Positions 17,928-25,850 of a stretch of 64,000 nucleotides of DNA are shown here, in pieces. Source of the DNA: Eubacteriales bacterium (GTDB lineage Bacteria > Bacillota > Clostridia > Oscillospirales > QAKW01); assembly GCA_045544255.1 (NCBI GenBank), contig JAZPYP010000082.1, forward strand, positions 5,347-69,346, read 5' to 3'. Both the position numbers and the translations under genes were made by a program. The notes under the pieces are model-generated. The model did no database searches, was not told the DNA's origin, and saw nothing but the letters and a program-made list of their open reading frames with translations. The first letter of the stretch is position 1. Every line of letters starts with the position of its first letter.

Positions 17928-18713
17928 TTATTGATTTTTATAATCGCGAGGTGATATTCCGTAGAGTTCGCGAAATCTACGGGAAAAATTCGCATAGTCA
18001 TTAAACCCTGCAAGGCGGCATATTTCCAGCACCGGAAGATCCGTTTGCCGGAGCATATGGGCGGCATGGGTAAAGCGCAGGTGATCCACATAGTTTTTAA
18101 AGCTTTGCCCCAGCTCCTTCTTAAAGAGAGCACTGAAATAAACGGGAGCAAGCCCCAGATGCTTGGCGGTATCTTCCAAGGTGATCCCGAAACGGAAATT
18201 TTCCAGAATATAGACCACCGCCGATTGAATATGCCCATCGGCCCGGTGGTTCTTCTTCGGCACCAGCTCAAAGATCTTCAAAAGCACGCACCTTAAAAAT
18301 CGCACAGCATTGTCCTTATCCGGTCTCGCCCGCTTTACCACCTCTCTGAGCAACCCCTCCATCAAGGGGCGCTCTTCTATCGGTACCGGAAGCTTCGATT
18401 CAATATCCGGTGCAAAGGTGCAGGCCAGCAGCTCCGGCTCAAAAACCGCGCAGGGAAACATCACGGTGATAAACTCGGTATATTCCTCAATCTCCATATT
18501 ATGCACATCGGCAGGGGAATTGAAATAAAGCATCCCCGCCTCGATGGGCAGGCTCTCTCCATTAAGATTATATTTTCCCTTGCCCTTGATGATATAATCA
18601 ATCTCATAACAATCATGGGTATGGACAAAATTAACGGTCCCCGCCTGCCATTGATTGACCACTGCACTGACAATGCCTTCCTTGGCATAATATTTCAGCT
18701 GATAAAAGCGCAT
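17928..18713 (-). CDS. AraC-family transcriptional regulator (cupin sensor domain plus HTH)
   Basis: N-terminal cupin-like region and a C-terminal AraC HTH (LEDTAKHLGLAPVYFSALFKKELGQSF...AGFNDYANFSRRFRELYGISPRDY). Confidence 0.8.
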   Translation of the reverse strand: MRFYQLKYYAKEGIVSAVVNQWQAGTVNFVHTHDCYEIDYIIKGKGKYNLNGESLPIEAGMLYFNSPADVHNMEIEEYTEFITVMFPCAVFEPELLACTFAPDIESKLPVPIEERPLMEGLLREVVKRARPDKDNAVRFLRCVLLKIFELVPKKNHRADGHIQSAVVYILENFRFGITLEDTAKHLGLAPVYFSALFKKELGQSFKNYVDHLRFTHAAHMLRQTDLPVLEICRLAGFNDYANFSRRFRELYGISPRDYKNQ

Positions 18714-18780
18714 CTGCTCACCTCCGCTCTTTTTTCTATGATACCGCAGGAAATTAAAAAACGCAATATACTTATCATAG

Positions 18781-18810
18781 AAAAATCCGAGGGAGAAATA
18801 CCCTCGGATC
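18781..18810 (-). terminator. Terminator of the SGNH-dockerin gene
   Basis: Stem TCCGAGGG / CCCTCGGA (18786-18793 / 18801-18808), with T5 on the minus strand. Confidence 0.75.
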
Positions 18811-18823
18811 TTTGATATTCAGA

Positions 18824-20575
18824 TCAATTAAGAAGTTTTTGCGCAAAAGCCACCGCATCAGCGGTATCCACAAGCCCTTCTCCTGTGAGATCCCCTTTTG
18901 CAAGATGAAGGCCATCGGCAGAGATCTTGCCGCTCTCATAGCGCAAAAGCCGCACCAGATCGGCAAGGCCCACCTCATCATCCAAATTCAGGTCTCCCTG
19001 CTTTGCATTTTCAAGGCGCTTTGCGGCCGCCTCCAGCATGGAGCGGTTTTCAATATATTCCTCGACCCCTTCGGGCAGCGCATCGAAATCCTTCTTGGCA
19101 TCGGCATAGGTTTTGATGAGGGAAATATTCATCAGATCAAGTTTATCGATCTTCTCCATCAGCGGCTCCGCCAAGGTATAAGCATTCATGGAAGCGGCGA
19201 TGGCAGGATAAAGGATATCGTAGCCGTATTGATTGGGATGGATCATACGATCGTCAAGATAATAGCGATCATCCAGGGTAATGGTGGAATAAAGGTCGCA
19301 AACGAAAACGTCCCATTTCTCGCAGATCTTGGCCCCTTCCGCGAAATAAGCGCTCATATCGCTAACGGTACCGCGGGGGCATTCGGGGGCATAGAAATTC
19401 ATAATATAGATCAGTTTGGCATTGGGGAAATTCCGTCTTGCAGCTTCAAAGGTCAGCTCCAAGCCACCTGCATAAGTATCTTTATTATAATTGCCGGTGA
19501 AGCCTTCTGTTACCTCACCAACGGGAACGGGGACGTAACTGGGAGCAGTGCCCCAGGCATCGTTCACGCCGCCATGGATCATAACGTAGTCATAAGTATT
19601 CCCTGCGTTATTATTGAGCTGATCCAGAACCCGAGCGCCCCGCTCGGTGGAAAGCGAAACACCGCCGACGCTGGCGTTTTTATAGGTCATTCCCTTGGAA
19701 AGACCGATTCTGCCTGCCCAAGCCAGGCGGATGCCATTCTGCACCGCATCGTTTTCCCCTTGGCTGATGGAATCGCCAACAAAGAGAACGCTCTTGCCAT
19801 AGAGGGGATCATCCTTTACCCCAAGGAATTCATAATAGGAATCAGGGGTAAGGGCGGGGGCATTCTTCAGGGCAACGAAGAAGCTTTGAACGGGGGTATA
19901 GTTGATGACCGAAATATAAGCCATCCCTGCAGGCACTTTATAGGTATAGAATACCAGATCATGCTGCAGCTTTTGGGAGGATACACTCATCATATCGCCC
20001 TTGCTGATCTCGCCATCTGCAACCGAGCCGTCGGCTTTAAGACCGACTGCATGGAAGGCCTGATTGGGATTGGCGGGACCGAAGGTGATGGTATCGCCTT
20101 CCTTAACCGAAACGAAATGAGAGCAGCGATGGTTAACGGTGTTATTGCGATTATTGAAGCCTTTCAAATATCCGTCTGCCCCGTCCAGGGTTGCGTTATA
20201 AAGATTGGCGCCGCGATTATCCCAATAATCGTAATAATCCTGGATGGAAGGAGCGGCTTTTTCTGTTTTTTCAGCCAGGAACATCTCCTCATAAGCGCCC
20301 TTATTCGGCAAAAGATTTCCACTCTCGGAAGCGGTAAAAGCATAAAGTTTCTGCCCTTTGGCAAAACTGCCGATCAGAGTGGCATCCGAAGGGGTGATCA
20401 CCTTACCGCCAAAACTACCGAGGTTTTGCTCCGCGGCATCGTAAGGACCAATCAAAAATTTTTCTCCCGAATTCAGAAGAATCCCTCCTTCTTCTTTTGC
20501 GCTGGTTGCAAAGACGACGCCGGTCATCCCCAACAGCAGCGCAATGATCATAAAAACAGACAAAATTCGCTTCAT
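18824..20575 (-). CDS. Secreted SGNH/GDSL hydrolase (esterase) with N-terminal beta-rich module and C-terminal dockerin
   Basis: Start re-set to the ATG at 20575 (GGGGGGAAG RBS; MKRILSVFMIIALLLGMTGVVFA signal peptide). SGNH blocks: FVGDSISQG, GGVNDAW, DRMIHPNQYGYD. Dockerin: DLNLDDEVGLAD...DLTGEGLVDTAD. Confidence 0.75.
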   Translation of the reverse strand: MKRILSVFMIIALLLGMTGVVFATSAKEEGGILLNSGEKFLIGPYDAAEQNLGSFGGKVITPSDATLIGSFAKGQKLYAFTASESGNLLPNKGAYEEMFLAEKTEKAAPSIQDYYDYWDNRGANLYNATLDGADGYLKGFNNRNNTVNHRCSHFVSVKEGDTITFGPANPNQAFHAVGLKADGSVADGEISKGDMMSVSSQKLQHDLVFYTYKVPAGMAYISVINYTPVQSFFVALKNAPALTPDSYYEFLGVKDDPLYGKSVLFVGDSISQGENDAVQNGIRLAWAGRIGLSKGMTYKNASVGGVSLSTERGARVLDQLNNNAGNTYDYVMIHGGVNDAWGTAPSYVPVPVGEVTEGFTGNYNKDTYAGGLELTFEAARRNFPNAKLIYIMNFYAPECPRGTVSDMSAYFAEGAKICEKWDVFVCDLYSTITLDDRYYLDDRMIHPNQYGYDILYPAIAASMNAYTLAEPLMEKIDKLDLMNISLIKTYADAKKDFDALPEGVEEYIENRSMLEAAAKRLENAKQGDLNLDDEVGLADLVRLLRYESGKISADGLHLAKGDLTGEGLVDTADAVAFAQKLLN

Positions 20576-20608
20576 TTTTCTTCCCCCCATATTTTCAGTA
20601 ATAATTTT

Positions 20609-20637
20609 ATTTTACTCTTGTTTATATGATCTGTCAA
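20609..20637 (-). promoter_or_regulatory. Candidate promoter of the SGNH-dockerin gene
   Basis: On the minus strand: TTGACA (20637-20632), 17 nt, TAAAAT (20614-20609). Confidence 0.45.
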
Positions 20638-20646
20638 TGATAACCC

Positions 20647-20675
20647 TTGCATTTACCCTTTATTTATGATATCAT
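20647..20675 (+). promoter_or_regulatory. Candidate promoter of the DtxR-family gene
   Basis: TTGCAT (20647-20652), 17 nt, TATCAT (20670-20675) with an upstream TG (extended -10, TGATATCAT). Confidence 0.45.
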
Positions 20676-20708
20676 TGGTCTATAATGATGATTGAAGGAG
20701 GTCTTTTT

Positions 20709-21074
20709 GTGCATTTGCAGGAATCGGGTGAAATGTATTTGGAGACCATTTTGGTTTTATCCCGCAAAGGAGGCATTGTGCGGAGCATTGATGTAAGCGA
20801 AGAGATGGGCTATTCCAAGCCCAGCGTCAGCCGCGCGGTAGGACTCTTGAAAAATGGCGGATATCTCACCGTGGATAAGGACGGGGGCCTCTCTCTCACT
20901 GAGATCGGCAGAGAGGTTGCTGAAAAGATCTATGAGCGGCATACCCTTCTTACCGATTTTTTGGTAAGAATCGGCGTTAGTCGCGAAACTGCCTCGGAGG
21001 ATGCCTGCCGCATCGAGCATCATATCAGCGACGAAACCTTCGCCGCCATTAAGGATTTTGCCGAATCAAGATGA
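20709..21074 (+). CDS. DtxR/MntR-family metal-dependent transcriptional repressor
   Basis: AGGAGG lies 7 nt before the GTG at 20709 (VHLQESGEMYLETILVL..., the typical family N-terminus). The ORF-track ATG at 20685 has no RBS. Winged-helix region (SKPSVSRAVGLLKNGGYL) plus a metal-binding helix region. Confidence 0.8.
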   Translation: MHLQESGEMYLETILVLSRKGGIVRSIDVSEEMGYSKPSVSRAVGLLKNGGYLTVDKDGGLSLTEIGREVAEKIYERHTLLTDFLVRIGVSRETASEDACRIEHHISDETFAAIKDFAESR

Positions 21075-21091
21075 ATTAATCGATTTTTCCC

Positions 21092-21120
21092 TTGACTTTG
21101 GTTTGGGGATATGATAACAT
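21092..21120 (+). promoter_or_regulatory. Candidate promoter of the SCIFF precursor gene
   Basis: TTGACT (21092-21097), 17 nt, TAACAT (21115-21120) with an extended -10 TG (TGATAACAT). Confidence 0.5.
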
Positions 21121-21150
21121 AGACTCATCTATTTTATGGAGGTTTTTACC

Positions 21151-21303
21151 ATGGAACATATTAAGACTATTGAGACTCGTAATCTTTGCAGCAGCGCGAA
21201 AAATGGTGGATGCGGCGAATGCCAGACCTCCTGCCAGTCCGCTTGCAAGACCAGTTGCGGTATCGCAAACCAGAAGTGCGAGAGCACCAAAGAGAGCAAG
21301 TAA
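21151..21303 (+). CDS. scfA: SCIFF (six-cysteines-in-forty-five) ranthipeptide precursor
   Basis: Not in the ORF track (50 codons). My translation: MEHIKTIETRNLCSSAKNGGCGECQTSCQSACKTSCGIANQKCESTKESK. It contains the hallmark GGCGECQTSCQSACKTSC. GGAGG RBS upstream, and a radical SAM/SPASM maturase downstream. Confidence 0.85.
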   Translation: MEHIKTIETRNLCSSAKNGGCGECQTSCQSACKTSCGIANQKCESTKESK

Positions 21304-21315
21304 TTGCTAATCAAT

Positions 21316-21343
21316 AAATGCCGCCCACGAGGCGGCATTTTTT
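21316..21343 (+). terminator. Hairpin plus T5 between the SCIFF precursor and its maturase (partial terminator/attenuator)
   Basis: Stem ATGCCGCC / GGCGGCAT (21318-21325 / 21331-21338), loop CACGA, then TTTTT. It lies 27 nt before the scfB start. Confidence 0.75.
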
Positions 21344-21369
21344 ATAGATCAATCAAAGGAGTTTTTTCA

Positions 21370-22740
21370 ATGATCCATCAATATCAGTTGGGCGGATATA
21401 ATATTGTGCTCGATGTTTGCTCCGGCAGCATTCATGTGGTCGATGAGGTGGCCTATGCCATCATCGGCCTTTTTGAAGCCCTTTCGAAAGAAGAAATTCT
21501 TCAAAAAATGAAGGAGCAATTCCCTGCCATCAAGGAAGAAGAACTGCAGGAATGCTATGCCCAAGTGGAGGCGCTCCAAGAGGCGGGCAAGCTTTTTGCC
21601 CCCGATACCTTCGAGCCCATGGCCGGAGAGCTGAAGCAAAAAACCGCAGGAGTGGTCAAAGCCCTCTGCCTTCATATTGCCCATACCTGCAACTTAAATT
21701 GCTCCTATTGCTTTGCAAGCCAAGGGAAATACCAAGGGGAGCGGGCAGTGATGAGCTATGAGGTTGGCAAAAGAGCGCTGGATTTCCTCATTGAAAATTC
21801 CGGCAGCCGCCGCAATCTTGAAGTGGATTTCTTTGGCGGGGAGCCGCTGATGAATTTTCAGGTTGTGAAGGATCTTGTGGCCTATGCCCGCTCGGTAGAA
21901 AAAGAAAAGGGCAAGAATTTCCGCTTCACTCTTACTACCAACGGTGTTTTGGTAGATGATGATGTGATTGAATTTGCCAATAAAGAATGCGCCAATGTTG
22001 TTTTGAGTCTGGATGGGCGCAAGGAGGTTCACGATCGGTTCCGCGTGGATTATGCGGGGAAGGGATCTTGGGAAAAGATTGTGCCCAAATTCCAAAAGTT
22101 TGTGGAGGCAAGGGGCGGAAAAGATTATTATATCCGCGGCACCTTCACCCATCAGAATCCCGATTTTTTGGAGGATATCAAGGTGATGCTGGATCTTGGC
22201 TTCAATGAGCTGAGCATGGAACCGGTGGTCTGCGCCGCAGGAGATCCTTCCGAGCTGAGTGAAGAAGATACCAAAATCGTTCTCGATCAATATGAAAAGC
22301 TGGCCGAGCTGATGCTGCAAAAAGATAAGGAAGGCAAGCCCTTTACCTTCTATCATTATATGATCGATCTGACCGGCGGCCCCTGCATCTATAAGCGGAT
22401 CTCCGGCTGCGGCAGCGGCACCGAATATATGGCAGTTACCCCTTGGGGCGATCTCTACCCCTGCCATCAATTTGTAGGCGATGAAAAATTCAAGCTGGGC
22501 GATATCTGGCAGGGTGTTACCAACCATGCAGTCCAAGGGGAATTTGCTGCCTGCAATGTTTATTCCCATCCCGAATGCCGAGATTGCTGGGCGCGGCTTT
22601 ATTGCTCCGGCGGTTGCGCCGCCAATGCCTACCATGCCACCGGCAAGGTAACAGGAGTTTATGAAAAGGGTTGCGAGCTCTTCCGCAAGCGGATGGAATG
22701 CGCCATCATGGTGGCCATTGCCCGCGCCTTTGGGGAATAA
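21370..22740 (+). CDS. scfB: Thioether cross-link-forming SCIFF peptide maturase (radical SAM/SPASM)
   Basis: Start re-set to MIHQYQLGGYNIVLDVCSGSIHVVDEV, the typical ScfB N-terminal RiPP-recognition region. CNLNCSYCF radical SAM motif and a C-terminal SPASM cluster (CRDCWARLYCSGGCAANA). Confidence 0.9.
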   Translation: MIHQYQLGGYNIVLDVCSGSIHVVDEVAYAIIGLFEALSKEEILQKMKEQFPAIKEEELQECYAQVEALQEAGKLFAPDTFEPMAGELKQKTAGVVKALCLHIAHTCNLNCSYCFASQGKYQGERAVMSYEVGKRALDFLIENSGSRRNLEVDFFGGEPLMNFQVVKDLVAYARSVEKEKGKNFRFTLTTNGVLVDDDVIEFANKECANVVLSLDGRKEVHDRFRVDYAGKGSWEKIVPKFQKFVEARGGKDYYIRGTFTHQNPDFLEDIKVMLDLGFNELSMEPVVCAAGDPSELSEEDTKIVLDQYEKLAELMLQKDKEGKPFTFYHYMIDLTGGPCIYKRISGCGSGTEYMAVTPWGDLYPCHQFVGDEKFKLGDIWQGVTNHAVQGEFAACNVYSHPECRDCWARLYCSGGCAANAYHATGKVTGVYEKGCELFRKRMECAIMVAIARAFGE

Positions 22741-22744
22741 GCCC

Positions 22745-24049
22745 ATGCGCGCCCCCATTGATGAATTTATAAAAGAATATATTGCCCGCGCTCCCCTGCG
22801 GCTCCATATGCCGGGCCATAAAGGCAGCGGGGATGGCAAGATGGATCTCACCGAAATCGAGGGCGCCGATAGCCTTTATGAAGCAAGAGGCATCATTCGG
22901 GAGAGCGAGGAGAATGCAAGCCGCCTTTTCGGCTGCCCCACCTTTTATTCCACCGAAGGCTCCTCCCTTTGCATCCGCGCCATGCTGCAGCTTTTTAAAA
23001 GGGCTTATCCCAAGGGCAGGCTTCTTGCGGCGCCCAATGCCCATAAAACCTTTCTTTCGGGGATCGCTCTTTTGGATATTGAGACCGATTGGCTTTGGAG
23101 CGAAAGCTTTCTTTCCTGCCCCATCGATCTTTCTGTTCTAGAAAAATCCTTGCAGAAAGGCGGCTATCAGGGCGTTTATATCACCGGCCCCGATTATCTT
23201 GGGCATATGGCAGAGGTTGCAAAAATTGCTGAAATCTGCCATCGCAATGGCGCCCTTTTGCTGGTGGATAATGCTCACGGGGCTTATCTGAAATTTTTGG
23301 AGCCCTCTCTGCACCCCATCGATCTGGGGGCAGATCTCTGCTGCGATTCTGCCCATAAAACCCTTCCTGTTTTAACCGGCGGTGCCTATCTCCATCTCTC
23401 CCCTGCCCTGCCGAAAAGCTTTGCGGAGCAGGCCAAGAATGCTCTTGCGCTCTTTGGGTCTACCAGCCCCTCTTATCTGATTTTAAGATCTTTGGATCTT
23501 TGCAATCTTCACCTTTTAAAGTTTAAAGAAGATCTTTCCTTCTTTCTCCCCATCGCCCAATGGGCAAGGGAGCGGCTGGAGCAAGCAGGCTGGCGCTTTT
23601 TGGGAGATGAGCCCTTAAAATGGACCCTTGATGCCAATGCTTATGGGTATGAGGGCGAAGAGCTTGCCCGCCTTTTGGCAGAGCAGGATATCATCTGCGA
23701 ATATGCCGATCGGCAGTATCTAACGATGATGCTTGCTCCGATCCATGGCGCTATGGGAATGGATTGGCTGGAAAAAGCGCTGATGAAGATCCCCAAAAAA
23801 GCATCCCTTTGCTGCCCGCCCCCAAGGCGCACCGAAAAAGAGACTGCTCTCTCCCCCCGAGAGGCCATGATCTTCTCGCAGGTTGAGCGGCTGCCCATCG
23901 AGGAATGCAAGGGTAAAATTCTGGCAGAGCCTTCAGTTGACTGCCCACCGGCAGTGCCGATCCTGATCTGCGGCCAGCGGATCGATGAAGCAGCCATCCA
24001 AGCCTTCCGCTATTATGGCATTTCCCATTGCACCGTTATTAAAGAATAA
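22745..24049 (+). CDS. Orn/Lys/Arg decarboxylase-family PLP-dependent enzyme
   Basis: The ATG at 22745 is 4 nt after the scfB stop. LHMPGHKG motif and the PLP-lysine motif DSAHKTLP. Confidence 0.7.
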   Translation: MRAPIDEFIKEYIARAPLRLHMPGHKGSGDGKMDLTEIEGADSLYEARGIIRESEENASRLFGCPTFYSTEGSSLCIRAMLQLFKRAYPKGRLLAAPNAHKTFLSGIALLDIETDWLWSESFLSCPIDLSVLEKSLQKGGYQGVYITGPDYLGHMAEVAKIAEICHRNGALLLVDNAHGAYLKFLEPSLHPIDLGADLCCDSAHKTLPVLTGGAYLHLSPALPKSFAEQAKNALALFGSTSPSYLILRSLDLCNLHLLKFKEDLSFFLPIAQWARERLEQAGWRFLGDEPLKWTLDANAYGYEGEELARLLAEQDIICEYADRQYLTMMLAPIHGAMGMDWLEKALMKIPKKASLCCPPPRRTEKETALSPREAMIFSQVERLPIEECKGKILAEPSVDCPPAVPILICGQRIDEAAIQAFRYYGISHCTVIKE

Positions 24050-24055
24050 AAAATG

Positions 24056-24083
24056 CGATAGAGCGCGGCTCTATCTCATTTTT
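24056..24083. terminator. Bidirectional terminator between the convergent decarboxylase and DUF554 genes
   Basis: Stem GATAGAGC / GCTCTATC (24056-24063 / 24067-24074), A-run upstream and T6 downstream. Confidence 0.6.
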
Positions 24084-24769
24084 TACATAAATAAGCAGAA
24101 AATCAATGGCAGGAAGCAAGCGGGAATAAAATTGACCACCTTGATTTTAGTCAGCCCCAGCATATTAAGGGCAATGGCCACAATGAGAAGGGAGCCCACG
24201 CAAGTCATCTCCCCGATCATCGCCTCGGTCAGAAACCCTGCAATAAAGCTGCCGCCCAGAGCGATGGCGCCCTGATAAAGGAAGCAGGGAATTCCCGCAA
24301 AGGCAACGCCCACCCCAAGAGTAGAGGCCATGATCAGGCAGGAAACAAAGTCGATAAGGGATTTGGCATAAATCGTTGTATGATCGCCGCGGATGCCGCT
24401 ATCCAAAGCGCCGGTAATGGCCATAGCGCCAACGCAGACCAGAAGCGTTGCGGTAACGAATCCTTCCCCAAAGGTGGAGCCGCTCTCCCCTTTGGTCAGC
24501 TTCCTTTGCATAAAGGCCCCAAAGCGATTTAAATATTTATCCAGATCAATGAGATGCCCTAAAGCGCCGCCAATGGCGATGGAAAGGATCGAGATCAGCA
24601 TATTCTTTCCGTCAAAAAATCCCTTAACACCGATGGCAAGCACGCATAGCGCCATTCCTTGCATAACTCCTTTGCTGATCCGCTCCGGCAGCCCTTTTTT
24701 CAAAAGGCAACCAAGAAGGCCTGCTACAATGATGGCAATTCCGTTTACAATACTGCTGAGTAATACCAT
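24083..24769 (-). CDS. DUF554-family membrane protein
   Basis: The ORF-track start at 24787 is a TTG. The ATG at 24769 gives MVLLSSIVNGIAIIVAGLLG..., the typical DUF554 N-terminus. Polytopic and glycine-rich. Confidence 0.65.
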   Translation of the reverse strand: MVLLSSIVNGIAIIVAGLLGCLLKKGLPERISKGVMQGMALCVLAIGVKGFFDGKNMLISILSIAIGGALGHLIDLDKYLNRFGAFMQRKLTKGESGSTFGEGFVTATLLVCVGAMAITGALDSGIRGDHTTIYAKSLIDFVSCLIMASTLGVGVAFAGIPCFLYQGAIALGGSFIAGFLTEAMIGEMTCVGSLLIVAIALNMLGLTKIKVVNFIPACFLPLIFCLFM

Positions 24770-24823
24770 TTTTTTAAAATCCTTCAAAAGATTTGGGAGG
24801 GGATGAACCCCTCCCGAAAATAA

Positions 24824-25648
24824 TTACATAATAGTCTTTAAGTAGTTGATGCTCATTTCAGCGCATTCCATGGGAGTTTTCTCCATGCTGGGATTATCCT
24901 GCTCCACCACTACCCATTTAGCACCATTCTGCTCGGATGCTTTCAAAATAGAGGGGAAATCCTGCAGGCCATAGCCAACGGGGCGGAATTCGAAGCTCTT
25001 CTTGGCAGGCTTCTTTTCTTCGCTCTTAATACCGATCAGCTCATAAAGGGGCTCATCGGGGTTAACAGACTCCCGATAGAAATCCTTCAGATGAACCACA
25101 GGGGTGCGCCCATCATATTTGCGGATATAATCGGCAGGATTCTCGCCGCCGACATTCACCCAGCAGGTATCCAGCTCGGTCTGAAGAAGATCGGCGGGAA
25201 CCAAGCGATAGAGCATATCCAGACCATATTCACCGTCTACTTTGGTAAACTCAAAATCATGGTTATGATAAAGGAGAGTCATCCCCTTATCTTTAGCAGC
25301 GGCACCAATCTTGGCAACAGCCTCAATGGTGGGCATCCAGCCTTCAGTACCGGGGCGGCGGTCTGCATCCACATAGGGAACAGCCACATATTCAACACCG
25401 ATCTTCTTATAGGTTTCCAAAGTACCGTCCAGATCTTCCAGCATCTCCTTAAGGGGCACATGAGCGGAGATAGGAATCAGATCCAGCTCAGCGCACCAAT
25501 TCTTGATGGTTTCGGCATCCTGACCGAAGATCCCTGCAAATTCAACGCCATCATAACCCATGGCTTTCACCTTCTCAAGGGTGCCCTTAAAATCGGCCTC
25601 CAGATCGCCTCTTACCGAATAAAGCTGCAAAGCAACAGGAAATTTCAT
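24824..25648 (-). CDS. Sugar phosphate isomerase/epimerase (xylose-isomerase-like TIM barrel)
   Basis: 274 aa with YDGVEFAG, LLYHNHDFEF and VHLKD motifs typical of the AP-endonuclease-2/xylose-isomerase-like TIM family. Confidence 0.7.
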   Translation of the reverse strand: MKFPVALQLYSVRGDLEADFKGTLEKVKAMGYDGVEFAGIFGQDAETIKNWCAELDLIPISAHVPLKEMLEDLDGTLETYKKIGVEYVAVPYVDADRRPGTEGWMPTIEAVAKIGAAAKDKGMTLLYHNHDFEFTKVDGEYGLDMLYRLVPADLLQTELDTCWVNVGGENPADYIRKYDGRTPVVHLKDFYRESVNPDEPLYELIGIKSEEKKPAKKSFEFRPVGYGLQDFPSILKASEQNGAKWVVVEQDNPSMEKTPMECAEMSINYLKTIM

Positions 25649-25782
25649 CTTAAAATCCTCCCAAAAACTTTAAATTTGCCTCTATTTTATCATGTTTTTT
25701 GGCAATTTTCAACTGATGGAAGCGTTTTTTTCTTCAAAATTTAGGGTTTTTAGGCAAAGTTATGAAATTTTAAAAAATAGGC

Positions 25783-25811
25783 TTGTAAACTTTGAAAAAT
25801 TAAGCTATAAT
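25783..25811 (+). promoter_or_regulatory. Candidate gap promoter
   Basis: TTGTAA (25783-25788), 17 nt, TATAAT (25806-25811). Confidence 0.55.
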
Positions 25812-25850
25812 AATCGATGGTAAATAATTATTTTTTAGGAGGATATACCC

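Noticed and set aside
21092-21310. 72-aa ORF from the track overlapping the SCIFF gene in another frame
   Set aside because: It has no RBS, and its start coincides with the predicted -35 box. The alternative frame gives a textbook SCIFF peptide with an RBS, so the 72-aa ORF is a shadow.
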